32,603 bases of DNA from Octopus bimaculoides (taxonomy: Eukaryota), in NCBI RefSeq assembly GCF_001194135.2, contig NC_068982.1, positions 5,748,599 through 5,781,201 on the forward strand, read 5' to 3'. Below are positions 20,468 to 31,226 of this stretch, piece by piece (position 1 is the first letter of the stretch; each line of letters opens with the position of its first letter). The notes below the pieces were generated by a model. That model was given only the letters and a program-made list of their open reading frames with translations, was not told the origin of the DNA and ran no database searches. The translations under genes and the position numbers were made by a program.

Positions 20468-20988
20468 NNNNNNNNNNNNNNNNNNNNNNNNNNNNNNNNN
20501 NNNNNNNNNNNNNNNNNNNNNNNNNNNNNNNNNNNNNNNNNNNNNNNNNNNNNNNNNNNNNNNNNNNNNNNNNNNNNNNNNNNNNNNNNNNNNNNNNNNN
20601 NNNNNNNNNNNNNNNNNNNNNNNNNNNNNNNNNNNNNNNNNNNNNNNNNNNNNNNNNNNNNNNNNNNNNNNNNNNNNNNNNNNNNNNNNNNNNNNNNNNN
20701 NNNNNNNNNNNNNNNNNNNNNNNNNNNNNNNNNNNNNNNNNNNNNNNNNNNNNNNNNNNNNNNNNNNNNNNNNNNNNNNNNNNNNNNNNNNNNNNNNNNN
20801 NNNNNNNNNNNNNNNNNNNNNNNNNNNNNNNNNNNNNNNNNNNNNNNNNNNNNNNNNNNNNNNNNNNNNNNNNNNNNNNNNNNNNNNNNNNNNNNNNNNN
20901 NNNNNNNNNNNNNNNNNNNNNNNNNNNNNNNNNNNNNNNNNNNNNNNNNNNNNNNNNNNNNNNNNNNNNNNNNNNNNNNNNNNNNNNN

Positions 20989-21019
<31 letters not shown>

Positions 21020-22515
21020 TCTGTGTGTGTGTGTGTATGTATATATATATATATATATATGTGTGTGTATGTGTATAAGAGTCAAGGAATGAAAAAGATA
21101 AAATCCAGGGTACATACGTTTCATAGCGAGGGGAACCTCGGAAGTGGTTGATGACCAAGCGAGGTGTATACCACAGGATACTCTTCAGGCCAAGGGTATT
21201 TTAAGTGAAAGTTTGCATTGTCGCAAGGAGGCTCAAGTTAACACATGGAAGATTCAATCAAAATCTATCCCATTCTTTAACTCCTCTATTTTTATTCGCA
21301 TACCCGGCTACCCTGGTTGCCTACCGTGAAATATATAAAAAAAAAACTTTCTTCAAATTATCGTACCTCGATAAGAAAAAAATCCACAATCTTCCGTAAA
21401 CCACTATATATATACATATATATATATATATATGTGTGTGTGTGTACATCGTGCTTTTGCCGAAGGACAAGAAGCCGAAGGGCACAGTGCCGAACAAACA
21501 TAAAGCCGAATTTGGCACTTGAGATTCAACGAGATTAAATTTTAATTTTCGTATGTCTTTTCGACAAAAGTGCATCCAGCATCCGTTCGTGTACCATGGT
21601 CTTGTTCCATTTTTTGCATTCTTNNNNNNNNNNNNNNNNNNNNNNNNNNNNNNNNNNNNNNNNNNNNNNNNNNNNNNNNNNNNNNNNNNNNNNNNNNNNN
21701 NNNNNNNNNNNNNNNNNNNNNNNNNNNNNNNNNNNNNNNNNNNNNNNNNNNNNNNNNNNNNNNNNNNNNNNNNNNNNNNNNNNNNNNNNNNNNNNNNNNN
21801 NNNNNNNNNNNNNNNNNNNNNNNNNNNNNNNNNNNNNNNNNNNNNNNNNNNNNNNNNNNNNNNNNNNNNNNNNNNNNNNNNNNNNNNNNNNNNNNNNNNN
21901 NNNNNNNNNNNNNNNNNNNNNNNNNNNNNNNNNNNNNNNNNNNNNNNNNNNNNNNNNTTATCTCTTTCTCGTCCCTCCTTAATTCTTCAATCCCTCTGCC
22001 CCTAACTCTCTCCTCTCCTTCCACGTAACCGATGTTCCGCCAAGCCTGAGCTTTCTTTCTTGGTTCGACTACCATCCGTATAGCATCTCTTATATTCCTT
22101 CCCATAACTTTCATCTCTTATGTTCCTGCTGTAAGGCTTTCACTTCCACACACGCCAGCTTAATTTAATTCGTCCTTAGTCGAAAGACACCTGTTGTTAA
22201 TGTCCTGTTTTTTATATTTGTAATCGTATACCATTTCTCCGTTTTTTTCGTCCTTGTTTTCGTATACATTCGCTTGCTTTCTTCCAAGGAATCTAGTGCT
22301 CTTAGCTTAAATTTTCTTGGGGCCGACCAGATTGTGGCAATCTCCAGTGTAACCGGTCGAAACTGTGAAGACGATCTGGACCTCGACTGAGGCTAGGAAG
22401 TTCCGAATGATTCGTCCTTATTTTTTCCTGTCCTTTTTGTATCCTCTAACTGTCCGGATGTTTTGTTGTCCCCTGTTACGTTCTTGTTCTATTTTTGTTT
22501 TCTTTATATCTATAT

Positions 22516-22581
<66 letters not shown>

Positions 22582-22726
22582 NNNNNNNNNNNNNNNNNNN
22601 NNNNNNNNNNNNNNNNNNNNNNNNNNNNNNNNNNNNNNNNNNNNNNNNNNNNNNNNNNNNNNNNNNNNNNNNNNNNNNNNNNNNNNNNNNNNNNNNNATA
22701 TATATATATATACATATGCATATGTA

Positions 22727-22930
22727 GGTACAGGACGTCACTAACAGTAAATAACATGAAATACGAAAACAATCAACGAAAGAAACAAATGGAAAACGGG
22801 ACAAGTAACATGAAGAACGACCCTTCATCAGCTGTCGGCTGTCTACCTACTCCTCATTTCGAGCCCTGAACGACAATATGAGTCTTCGAAGACAGTTGTT
22901 CCCATAAATATCAAAATAAAATCTGGGATT
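22727..22930 (-). repeat. Dispersed repeat related to 19755-19985
   Basis: See 19755-19985. It starts immediately after a (TA)n tract. Confidence 0.55.
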
Positions 22931-23445
22931 TATGTAGGGTTAAAGTTGGGAATAAAAACAGGACAGGGGAGACATACAAGGAAGCCGAACGAAAACAAAC
23001 ATGAAGAGTGGTTAGACCAGAACGAGGGTAAAATAGCGAACGCTGGAGAAATGTTTTCTTTGACAACAGAAAAGATAGAAGAGAGAGATAGGATACCGTC
23101 AAATATTGTAAGACTAAGCATTTAAAGAAAACCCAAGACAATAATGCGTGTATTGTTGTTCATGTGTTGATAGTGGAGGTAACAATACTAAACTCTTTCT
23201 TTGATAGCCTTTGAGATGACTTTGTGCTATTTCTAAGATTAGATTGTCTTGCTCCACTGGAGGGTGATTTCGAGGTCTCTCCACATGGGTACACTTTACG
23301 CATGAACGAGCAGGAATGGTTGTTGATGACTGCTGCCGGTATGAGAGTTAAGGGTTAGTGATGAACGATGTCATACATAGGAATGTGTCGTTAGAAGTGG
23401 CAGTAAACAGTAAATCGTAAACTCGTTGAGGTTATAGATTTTCAA

Positions 23446-23670
23446 GTGTGGTAAAAAGTTTGTTTCCCAACAACAAGGTTCCGGGTTCAGTCCCATTGCG
23501 TGACATCTTGAGCAAGTATCTTCTACTATAGCCTCGGACCGACCAAAACCTTGTGAGTAGATTTCGTAGAAGGAAACTGAAAGAAGCCCCGTCGTATACA
23601 GTCAATTCGTTCGACTAGAGTACTTCAAGGTAGGGCCTCAGCATGGCCGCAGTAGAAAATAAAAGATAAA
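23446..23670 (+). mobile_element. SINE S1, internally deleted and diverged
   Basis: The 5' half (to gaagccccgtcgtatac) is joined directly to a degenerate tail (cagcatggccgcagt...). Confidence 0.82.
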
Positions 23671-23676
23671 TCACAC

Positions 23677-23707
<31 letters not shown>

Positions 23708-23928
23708 AACTGCTGTTTTCTGTCTCGAATGTTCTCGGGACTTAAAAGTACGGAAATGTGGATTAACACAAATAAATTACATAGGTGGATACACATAAAC
23801 ACGCGCGCGCGCACACAATCACCCCCCCACCACACACACACATGTACATATGCATGTATATGTGCAAGTATACATACACGCATAAACACATGCACACACA
23901 CACATATACATACATCCACACTTTTTTC

Positions 23929-24300
23929 TGTGTAGTAAGAAGTTTGTTTCCCAATCACATAGTTCTGAGTTCAGTCCCACTGCGTGGCACCTTGGGCAAG
24001 TGTTTTACTCTCTAGCCTCGAGAGTGATTTGGTAGATAAAAACTGTAAGAAGCCCGTCGTATATATGTCGGTGTGCATGCGTGGGTGGGTGTAGTTATGT
24101 CTGTTTTTGTCCTTCCCCCACCGCTTGGCAACCGGTGTTAATGTGTTTACATCCTCGTAAACTAGCGGTTCGCCAAAACGGACCGTTAGAATAAGTACCA
24201 GCTTTTAAAAAAGTAATAAGGTCGATCCATTCGACTAAAAATTCTTCGAGGCGGTGCTCCAGCATGGCCGCAGTATAATAACGGAAACAAATAGAAAAAA
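23929..24300 (+). mobile_element. SINE S1, near full length, diverged
   Basis: Collinear with 25420-25850, with a short internal GT-rich tract. Confidence 0.85.
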
Positions 24301-24396
24301 ACTATATACGTTCGCCATTTGTGTGCAAACTTCGTGAAAACTTATTATATTCTTTTGTTCTTTTGTTTGTTTCAGTAATTTGACTGCGGCCATGAT

Positions 24397-24738
24397 GGTT
24401 GTTTGAATGTGCGTGGCCTGGGGTCAAGCTGGAAGCAAGGTCACTTCCTTAATGACATCATGTCGCGCAATTTGGATGTCATTGTTGCTACGGAAACCAG
24501 GTTAAGGGGACCAAGAGATCTCCTCCCGCTATTTGATGGCTACGAGAGTTTTTCTCTCCGGGCTGTCCTACTGGCGGGAGTGGGGCGTTGGTCCTGTTAA
24601 AAAGAAACCGGGTTTCTGAGAAAAAGTTTATTTTTTCAGATCCAGAAGGTAGGCTGGTCGTCATGGATTTGACGCTCAGTCGTGATAAGATTATCAGACT
24701 GGTTGCAATTTATGCACCCAATGAAAACAAGTCAATGT
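24397..24738 (+). pseudogene. APE endonuclease N-terminal fragment of a Tx1/L1-like LINE ORF2
   Basis: Reads GCLNVRGLGSSWKQGHFLNDIMSRNLDVIVATETRL...YESFSL / (1-nt frameshift) PGCPTGGSGALVLLKRNRVSEKKFIFSDPEGRLVVMDLTLSRDKIIRLVAIYAPNENK. It contains the NVRGL, D....ETR, D.EGR and RLV.IYAPN motifs. It is preceded by an S1 tail fragment on the minus strand (24351-24394). Confidence 0.85.
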
Positions 24739-25141
24739 TAATTTTCGGATGATGCTTTATGCTATGTCGCAAATACATTGCGACATCCTATTTGCGTTGA
24801 GGTAAATTTTGCCGCCTTGTTGAAACATTGCTAAAACTCCTGCAGACCCCACCTTCCCAGAACAGGTAAAATTTCAGGGGAGCTAAGAGGACGGTAAGAT
24901 TGATGCATATTAGAATGTTTCACACATTCTCTCTGGAAATTATAGGGAGTTCTTGCTTTGTCAAAATTATATGCCTTCACCCGTTTCTTGATCTTCAAAA
25001 TAAAAAATTACCGACGTCACATTGAGGTTAAAAAAAGATTTGTATTTACATTTTATTTAAAATTTCGGAAATATTAATGGAGAAAACGAAAAAAAACTGT
25101 TCCAGACGAAACAAGAGTGGAGTGCAAGGGGAATCTGGGAG

Positions 25142-25284
25142 CAGGGCTGGCCCTAGGATTGTTCGCGCCCCGGGCAAGCTGAACTTCGGCGCCCTTACAA
25201 GCATAATTAATTAAAACTTTCAGAAGGAGAAATCTGAAAATGTAGAGTAAGAAGCACATGTGCCGGTGCCTGGAGCCGGCCCTG
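25142..25284. mobile_element. Short hAT-type MITE / deleted DNA transposon
   Basis: The termini cagggctggccc and gagccggccctg are imperfect TIRs. The 8-bp TSD tctgggag (25134-25141) / tttgggag (25285-25292) matches at 7 of 8 positions. An 8-bp TSD with CAGGG termini is typical of hAT elements. Confidence 0.78.
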
Positions 25285-25406
25285 TTTGGGAGAGAAATAT
25301 TCTGAATGAAAGAATTATTGTAATTGTATTACAATTTTTCCAACAATTAATTTCAACTGTATGCTGTTGTATTAAATAAATAAATAAGTTTCAATAGCCT
25401 ATGAAT

Positions 25407-25578
25407 AGGCGCAGGAGTGGCTGTGTGGTAAGTAGCTTGCTTACCAACCACATGGTTCCGGGTTCAGTCCCACTGCGTGGCACCTTGGGCAAGTATCTTC
25501 TGCTATAGCCTCGGGCCGATCTAAAGCCTTGTGAGTGGATTTGGTAGACGGAAACTAAAAGAAGCCTGTCGTATACAT

Positions 25579-25656
<78 letters not shown>

Positions 25657-25853
25657 TTGTGTTTGTCCCCCTAGCATCGCTTGACAACCGATACTGGTGT
25701 GTTTACATCCCCGTAACTTACCGGTTCGGCAAAAATAGACCGATAGAATAAGTACTAGGCTACCAAAGAATAGGGGTCGATTTGCTCAACTAAAGGCGGT
25801 ACTCCAGTATGGCCGCAGTCAAATGACTGAAACAAGTAAAAGAGAGTAAAGAG
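25407..25853 (+). mobile_element. SINE S1, full length (best copy in the window)
   Basis: tRNA-like head (tggctgtgtggtaag; gggttcagtccc), central block, (CATA)n(TA)n(GT)n at about 25571-25656, 3' module, and tail aaatgactgaaacaagtaaaagagagtaaagag. A possible 6-bp TSD tatgaa lies at 25400-25405 / 25854-25859. Confidence 0.92.
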
Positions 25854-27315
25854 TATGAAAGACATTTTTCATGAAATCGAAAGTGATTATAAAGAAAGAC
25901 ACAAATTTCCTTCTCTTCAGAACCAGTGTTGCTTGCGTGCAGATCGAAACCCTTACGAAATATCCGCTTCTCTACTCCATCTCTTTCTTACTATGACTCA
26001 CCATCCTAAACCACGTGCTAAATGTTTTACCTAACCCTAACTTTCCATTTCTGTACATTGACCTACAGAAGTACAAGCTGAACATAAACTGCATCAACAG
26101 TACCAGCACTGAGGACCAGTTGGAGTTAAGGGCCGTGTTCCGCTTTCTCAGACTACATTATAAAAAATGTTTTTGTGCTTCAATAAGATATTAGGTTTCC
26201 GAAAAAAGGCGAATAGTTACCATAATTTTAAAGGTTCACAATGCTGGGGAGAGAAAAACATTATTTACATGCACTTCCTCTCTTGGGGCTAATGTCATTC
26301 TAGTGCTTCAAGATTATGAATTAAACAAAAAATTCGACACGCAAACACGAGCGCACACACTTGTATCCGCACAGTGCGTGAGNNNNNNNNNNNNNNNNNN
26401 NNNNNNNNNNNNNNNNNNNNNNNNNNNNNNNNNNNNNNNNNNNNNNNNNNNNNNNNNNNNNNNNNNNNNNNNNNNNNNNNNNNNNNNNNNNNNNNNNNNN
26501 NNNNNNNNNNNNNNNNNNNNNNNNNNNNNNNNNNNNNNNNNNNNNNNNNNNNNNNNNNNNNNNNNNNNNNNNNNNNNNNNNNNNNNNNNNNNNNNNNNNN
26601 NNNNNNNNNNNNNNNNNNNNNNNNNNNNNNNNNNNNNNNNNNNNNNNNNNNNNNNNNNNNNNNNNNNNNNNNNNNNNNNNNNNNNNNNNNNNNNNNNNNN
26701 NNNNNNNNNNNNNNNNNNNNNNNNNNNNNNNNNNNNNNNNNNNNNNNNNNNNNNNNNNNNNNNNNNNNNNNNNNNNNNNNNNNNNNNNNNNNNNNNNNNN
26801 NNNNNNNNNNNNNNNNNNNNNNNNNNNNNNNNNNNNNNNNNNNNNNNNNNNNNNNNNNNNNNNNNNNNNNNNNNNNNNNNNNNNNNNNNNNNNNNNNNNN
26901 NNNNNNNNNNNNNNNNNNNNNNNNNNNNNNNNNNNNNNNNNNNNNNNNNNNNNNNNNNNNNNNNNNNNNNNNNNNNNNNNNNNNNNNNNNNNNNNNNNNN
27001 NNNNNNNNNNNNNNNNNNNNNNNNNNNNNNNNNNNNNNNNNNNNNNNNNNNNNNNNNNNNNNNNNNNNNNNNNNNNNNNNNNNNNNNNNNNNNNNNNNNN
27101 NNNNNNNNNNNNNNNNNNNNNNNNNNNNNNNNNNNNNNNNNNNNNNNNNNNNNNNNNTAAAGGAAAATTTAGATGGGGGAAAACACAAAAAAACATTTCG
27201 AGCATGGCTCTTCGACGGATAGAGGAAAAGATCCAGAGAAGAGGAAAACGAGGGAAGTAGCAGATAGTTCGGAGAAAAGCACGTGCGTATGCCTGTGTGG
27301 GTGCGCGCGCGCGTT

Positions 27316-27351
<36 letters not shown>

Positions 27352-27740
27352 TAATATCAGGGTAAGAAAAAAGATTTAGAAATTTTTTACTACCAGTGGC
27401 CTAGAGTGTAGAAAGATTTATAAGTTATTTCCCTTGCCTTTCTTGTCTAGAGTTAGTCGCTTAATGATTCTTTTCCCTCGCAACATGTGAAACTTTAGGT
27501 AGATACAATTTTTTTTTTAGCTCACAATATGAACTACGTTAGCACCAACCTTTACAACTTGGTTTTCATTCAGAGCGTGTCCCTGAGTATTTGCCACTAA
27601 TCTTTTATTTCATGATCATATAGTTTGTTATTTGAAACTGTCAGCACGCTGTGACCGTTATTAACATCCCAAATGACGGAGTAACAAATTAATGCGTTGA
27701 CAACATCAGTATAAACATCCTATATACCAGTTTTTTTTTC

Positions 27741-27796
27741 TTTTCTGAGTGCCATTTTCTGAGTGCCATTTTCTGAGTGCCATTTTCTGAGTGCCA
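27741..27796. repeat. 14-bp perfect tandem repeat x4 (ttttctgagtgcca)
   Basis: Units start at 27741, 27755, 27769 and 27783. Confidence 0.97.
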
Positions 27797-27867
27797 TTTA
27801 TAAAATACACGCATATGACACATTCATATAATACTGAGATATATTTATTCAAAACACACGTTTGCTA

Positions 27868-27878
27868 TCATATGTACG

Positions 27879-27910
<32 letters not shown>

Positions 27911-28166
27911 TGTATGTATGTATGTATCTATGTATGTATGTATGTATGTATGCATGCATGTATGTTTGTGTGTTTGTGTGTATTATGCATGCAGGTCCAT
28001 GATCTAAACCTTCATCTATCTATCTATCTGTCTATCTATCTATCTATCTATCTATCTATGTATCCTTCCCCCCCTCTCTCTCTATATATATATAAATATA
28101 AAGCATATATATATGTGTATATGTATATACACACATACATACACACACACACATATTTATATGTTT

Positions 28167-28211
<45 letters not shown>
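27868..28211. repeat. Compound microsatellite block: (TATG)n, (TATC)n, (CT)n, (TA)n, (CA)n
   Basis: Direct reading. Confidence 0.93.
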
Positions 28212-28212
<1 letters not shown>

Positions 28213-28415
28213 AATATATATATTAAAGGTTTCTTATTAGGAAACCAATAGATTTTATACAGGGCTACAAGGAGAAGTGCTCAGAATAATTGAGACAAGA
28301 GTAAAATATTAGTTATAGAATAAAAACGCTGGGTTAACGCCTCAGCATATCACACCCCCTCAATGAACATATATAAGAGATACAACATAATCCGTCAAAC
28401 ATAAGCAATAAGAAG

Positions 28416-28562
28416 AAATAACGTAAGAAGAAATAACGTAAGAAAAATAACGTAAGAAGAAATAACGTAAGAAAAATAACGTAAGAAAAATAACGTAAGA
28501 AAAATAACGTAAGAAAAATAACGTAAGAAAAATAACGTAAGAAAAATAACGTAAGAAGAAAT
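28416..28562. repeat. 14/15-bp minisatellite, about 10 copies (taacgtaagaaaaa / taacgtaagaagaaa)
   Basis: Ten aacgtaag cores were counted. It explains the LRYFSYVIFLTLFF pseudo-ORFs. Confidence 0.95.
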
Positions 28563-29134
28563 AATAAATAAAAAATAGCATATATAGTATAAAATTTTAT
28601 ACACGAATATATTGTTTCAACCGATAACATACAAATGAAAAAAATTGAGTTATAGGTATAATACAATACACGTAAATATCATTTCATAGAAGTTAAAATT
28701 AATACGAATAAAAATTAATACGAATAAAAGGAATAAAAATTTCAAATATATAATAAAATAATATAATATAATATAGGTCGATATAGAATAAAGTAAAATA
28801 AAATAAAGAAATGAGGTACCATAAAGTAGTCCATCGGTTAAAAATCAAGGACAGAAATGATTTAACACCATTTAGAGTTAAAGCTCAAAGTTCTTCATCT
28901 CCCTCGGGCACATTTTACAGCTCAAAAACAGTAGAGACCAATAGGCAACTCCGCACCAGTTAGGAATATACAAGAGTGAATACAGGCACCCAGCAGGTAT
29001 CAGCAGGTAAAACATGTAAAATTTAATTCCGTTCACCATGTCCAAAAAAGGTTCACAACGCATGGGTCAAAATATAATTGCAGTACCCAGCAGGTATCAA
29101 TCAGCAAAATCAATTTCACGAAAACCACGTACAA

Positions 29135-29217
29135 CACCTATAGCCATTTCGGTGGGTACACCACTGTATTCTAAACACAATAGAGTGCAAACTGGTGATG
29201 ACCCCTTCGTCAGGGTA
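29135..29217 (-). ncRNA. Type I hammerhead ribozyme motif with a long stem II
   Basis: The minus strand reads TACC CTGACGA A GGGGT...(imperfect hairpin: cac/gtg, cact/agtg, tatt/aata)...ACCCACC GAAA TGGCTAT A GGTG. Stem I is TACC/GGTG, stem III is the near-palindrome ATGGCTAT, and the triplet is AUA. Confidence 0.6.
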
Positions 29218-29601
29218 AACTTACGTACAAATGTCACGACATGCACGAAGGGAAAAATGATTTTTATAAAAGAGCAAATATATATAATCAATATGGACCA
29301 GCCTTAGACAAGCCTATGCGAATAATGGGAAAGTCTCATCTCCCTTCTGTATTGACACTCTCGCTATCGGTTTTCTACAATCCTCACTTTTCATTGCACA
29401 TGAGGAAATTCACGTTTGCCCAGTATTAATGAATAATAAACATTTTAACAACAGAATGTTTTGAAATAACAGGCTATAAGTGATTATCCAATCAAAACTT
29501 GAATTGAAGAGGTTGGCGTCTAACTTAACGAACAATATCATACAACGCAGAGTAGATAAATGAAAAACTTTAAACAGTTAAATCAAAAGATATTAAAGTA
29601 A

Positions 29602-29688
29602 AGACCCTGAAGAAACTGCATCGGTATTATAGTAGGTTTTGCAATTACAACGGTTACTAATCGGTGCAGTTGAAACACGTGTAGGTCT
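29602..29688 (+). ncRNA. Apparently intact type I hammerhead ribozyme (Penelope-like, palindromic stem III)
   Basis: AGACC CTGAAGA AACTGCATCG-[38 nt, partly paired]-CGGTGCAGTT GAAA CACGTGT A GGTCT. Stem I is a perfect 5 bp, stem II is 10 bp with one GU, stem III is the palindrome ACACGTGT, and the GUA triplet predicts cleavage after 29683. (TA)n follows about 12 nt downstream. Confidence 0.85.
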
Positions 29689-29772
29689 GCGTAGAGCTGT
29701 ATATATATATATATATAAAGGATTACAGGTAATGGTATACCACTTCGTAATAATCCTTATTAATATTCTTCT

Positions 29773-29803
<31 letters not shown>

Positions 29804-29862
29804 CTTGCATACATATACCCACTCACATACACACATACACCCCACCTCCACACATACACACG

Positions 29863-29906
<44 letters not shown>

Positions 29907-31226
29907 CACATACAGAGATATATCTCATATACAACAAATTCTTGATTCCTTACAATTTCCTCTGTCTCTTGGAGATGCTTCGTAATTATCAAATGGAGAT
30001 TAAGAGAAGCTTCATCTTTTCTAGATGACATGTCACCTTCGAAGAATTCCTAAACCTTGAGATTATGCCTCTCACCATTTTAAATGGAGTTGGTTTTAAT
30101 TGCTAGTTGGTAATTATGATACGTATCACTGCAGTACCACGCCGGGCATCGGACCACGGGATTACATGTACATACATATATACACTTACCTACCTACCTA
30201 CCTACCTACCTACCTACCTACCTACCTACATATATACATACATACATACATACATGCATACATGCATACATGCTTAAACACATGCATAATTACATATTAC
30301 AGAATAAATTTCATGTCACTTTTCCAAATATGCTTCATTTTTTTAGCGCCATGAAAATAATAACATTCATTATTTTGAAAATCAATTATCAAAATCATTT
30401 GGATAATTAAAACTAACTTAATTAGATTAGTTCTTGGCAAGAATATGGCATATTTAACGATACAGACGTTGGTGAAACGCTGACATTCCAATTTTTAACG
30501 GAAGTAATGACATATTTGTGCAAAATATCCTTTATATCACTGTATTAACCTCAGATGTTCGGTACAAGTTTTATTTTTATGTACCAAATATAGGAGGTCA
30601 TATAAACAGCATCTTCATTAGGAAGAAAACAAATATTTCATTAGTCTTGAAAATGTAGTCATTTTTCCCCACTTAAACCATTAACCAACTCGACTTTAGA
30701 ATACAAGACATTAAATAGCATTTTAGATTCACCTTGGGATTTATTCTTTATGTGAATTACTATTTAGTTTGAAGATCTTGTCATAAAATTCTTTAATCAG
30801 TGATTATTTAAACCAAGATTACTTTTAGAGAGAAGTTTTCGTCGAAGAAGCCAGACATAGACAGTGAATATGTGAACACATCCAGAAACTTAAGTTTGCT
30901 CGCGGTATTACATTTATCTTATGATTTTAATATGGCGTCTTTCCTGGTGGACGAGGATGGTAGAATTGCTAGAGAACCAGACAAAAATGACATTCGGTAG
31001 TCAATTATGTTATGAGTTCAAGTTCCACGGCGATGTTTTTTTTTCTCATAGTGTAAAATACTGTATGTGTTCAAGAATGTTTTAAAATCATATTTCAATT
31101 ACAGTTCTTCCACGCCAACGCACTTCGCGACAAGGTCATGCAGGATTATCAAATATACTCGTGTATTTTAACAAAAAGTTTTAACGTCTCATTAAAAAGT
31201 ACCAAAATTATGGTACTTTTCAGTCA

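Noticed and set aside
21105-21195. Minus-strand CTGAAGAG...GAAACGTA hammerhead candidate
   Set aside because: Stem II closes with only about 3 weak pairs and stem I cannot form.
22310-22375. GACC...GGTC-GAAACTGT hairpin resembling the 3' half of a hammerhead
   Set aside because: There is no CUGANGA upstream (the sequence reads cttggggcc) and no valid UH site.
22930-23440. Possible decayed Penelope GIY-YIG coding remnant on the minus strand
   Set aside because: There are only vague residue echoes (LSYR, SNL) and no GIY/YIG motif. It is too weak to call.
26025-26042. cctaaccctaac telomere-like or Helentron-like motif
   Set aside because: There are only about two units and no supporting termini.
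28878-29291. Two in-frame minus ORFs separated by TGA codons (possible mitochondrial-code NUMT)
   Set aside because: The read-through peptide resembles no mitochondrial protein I recognise, and the region is better explained as non-coding repeat sequence containing a hammerhead motif.
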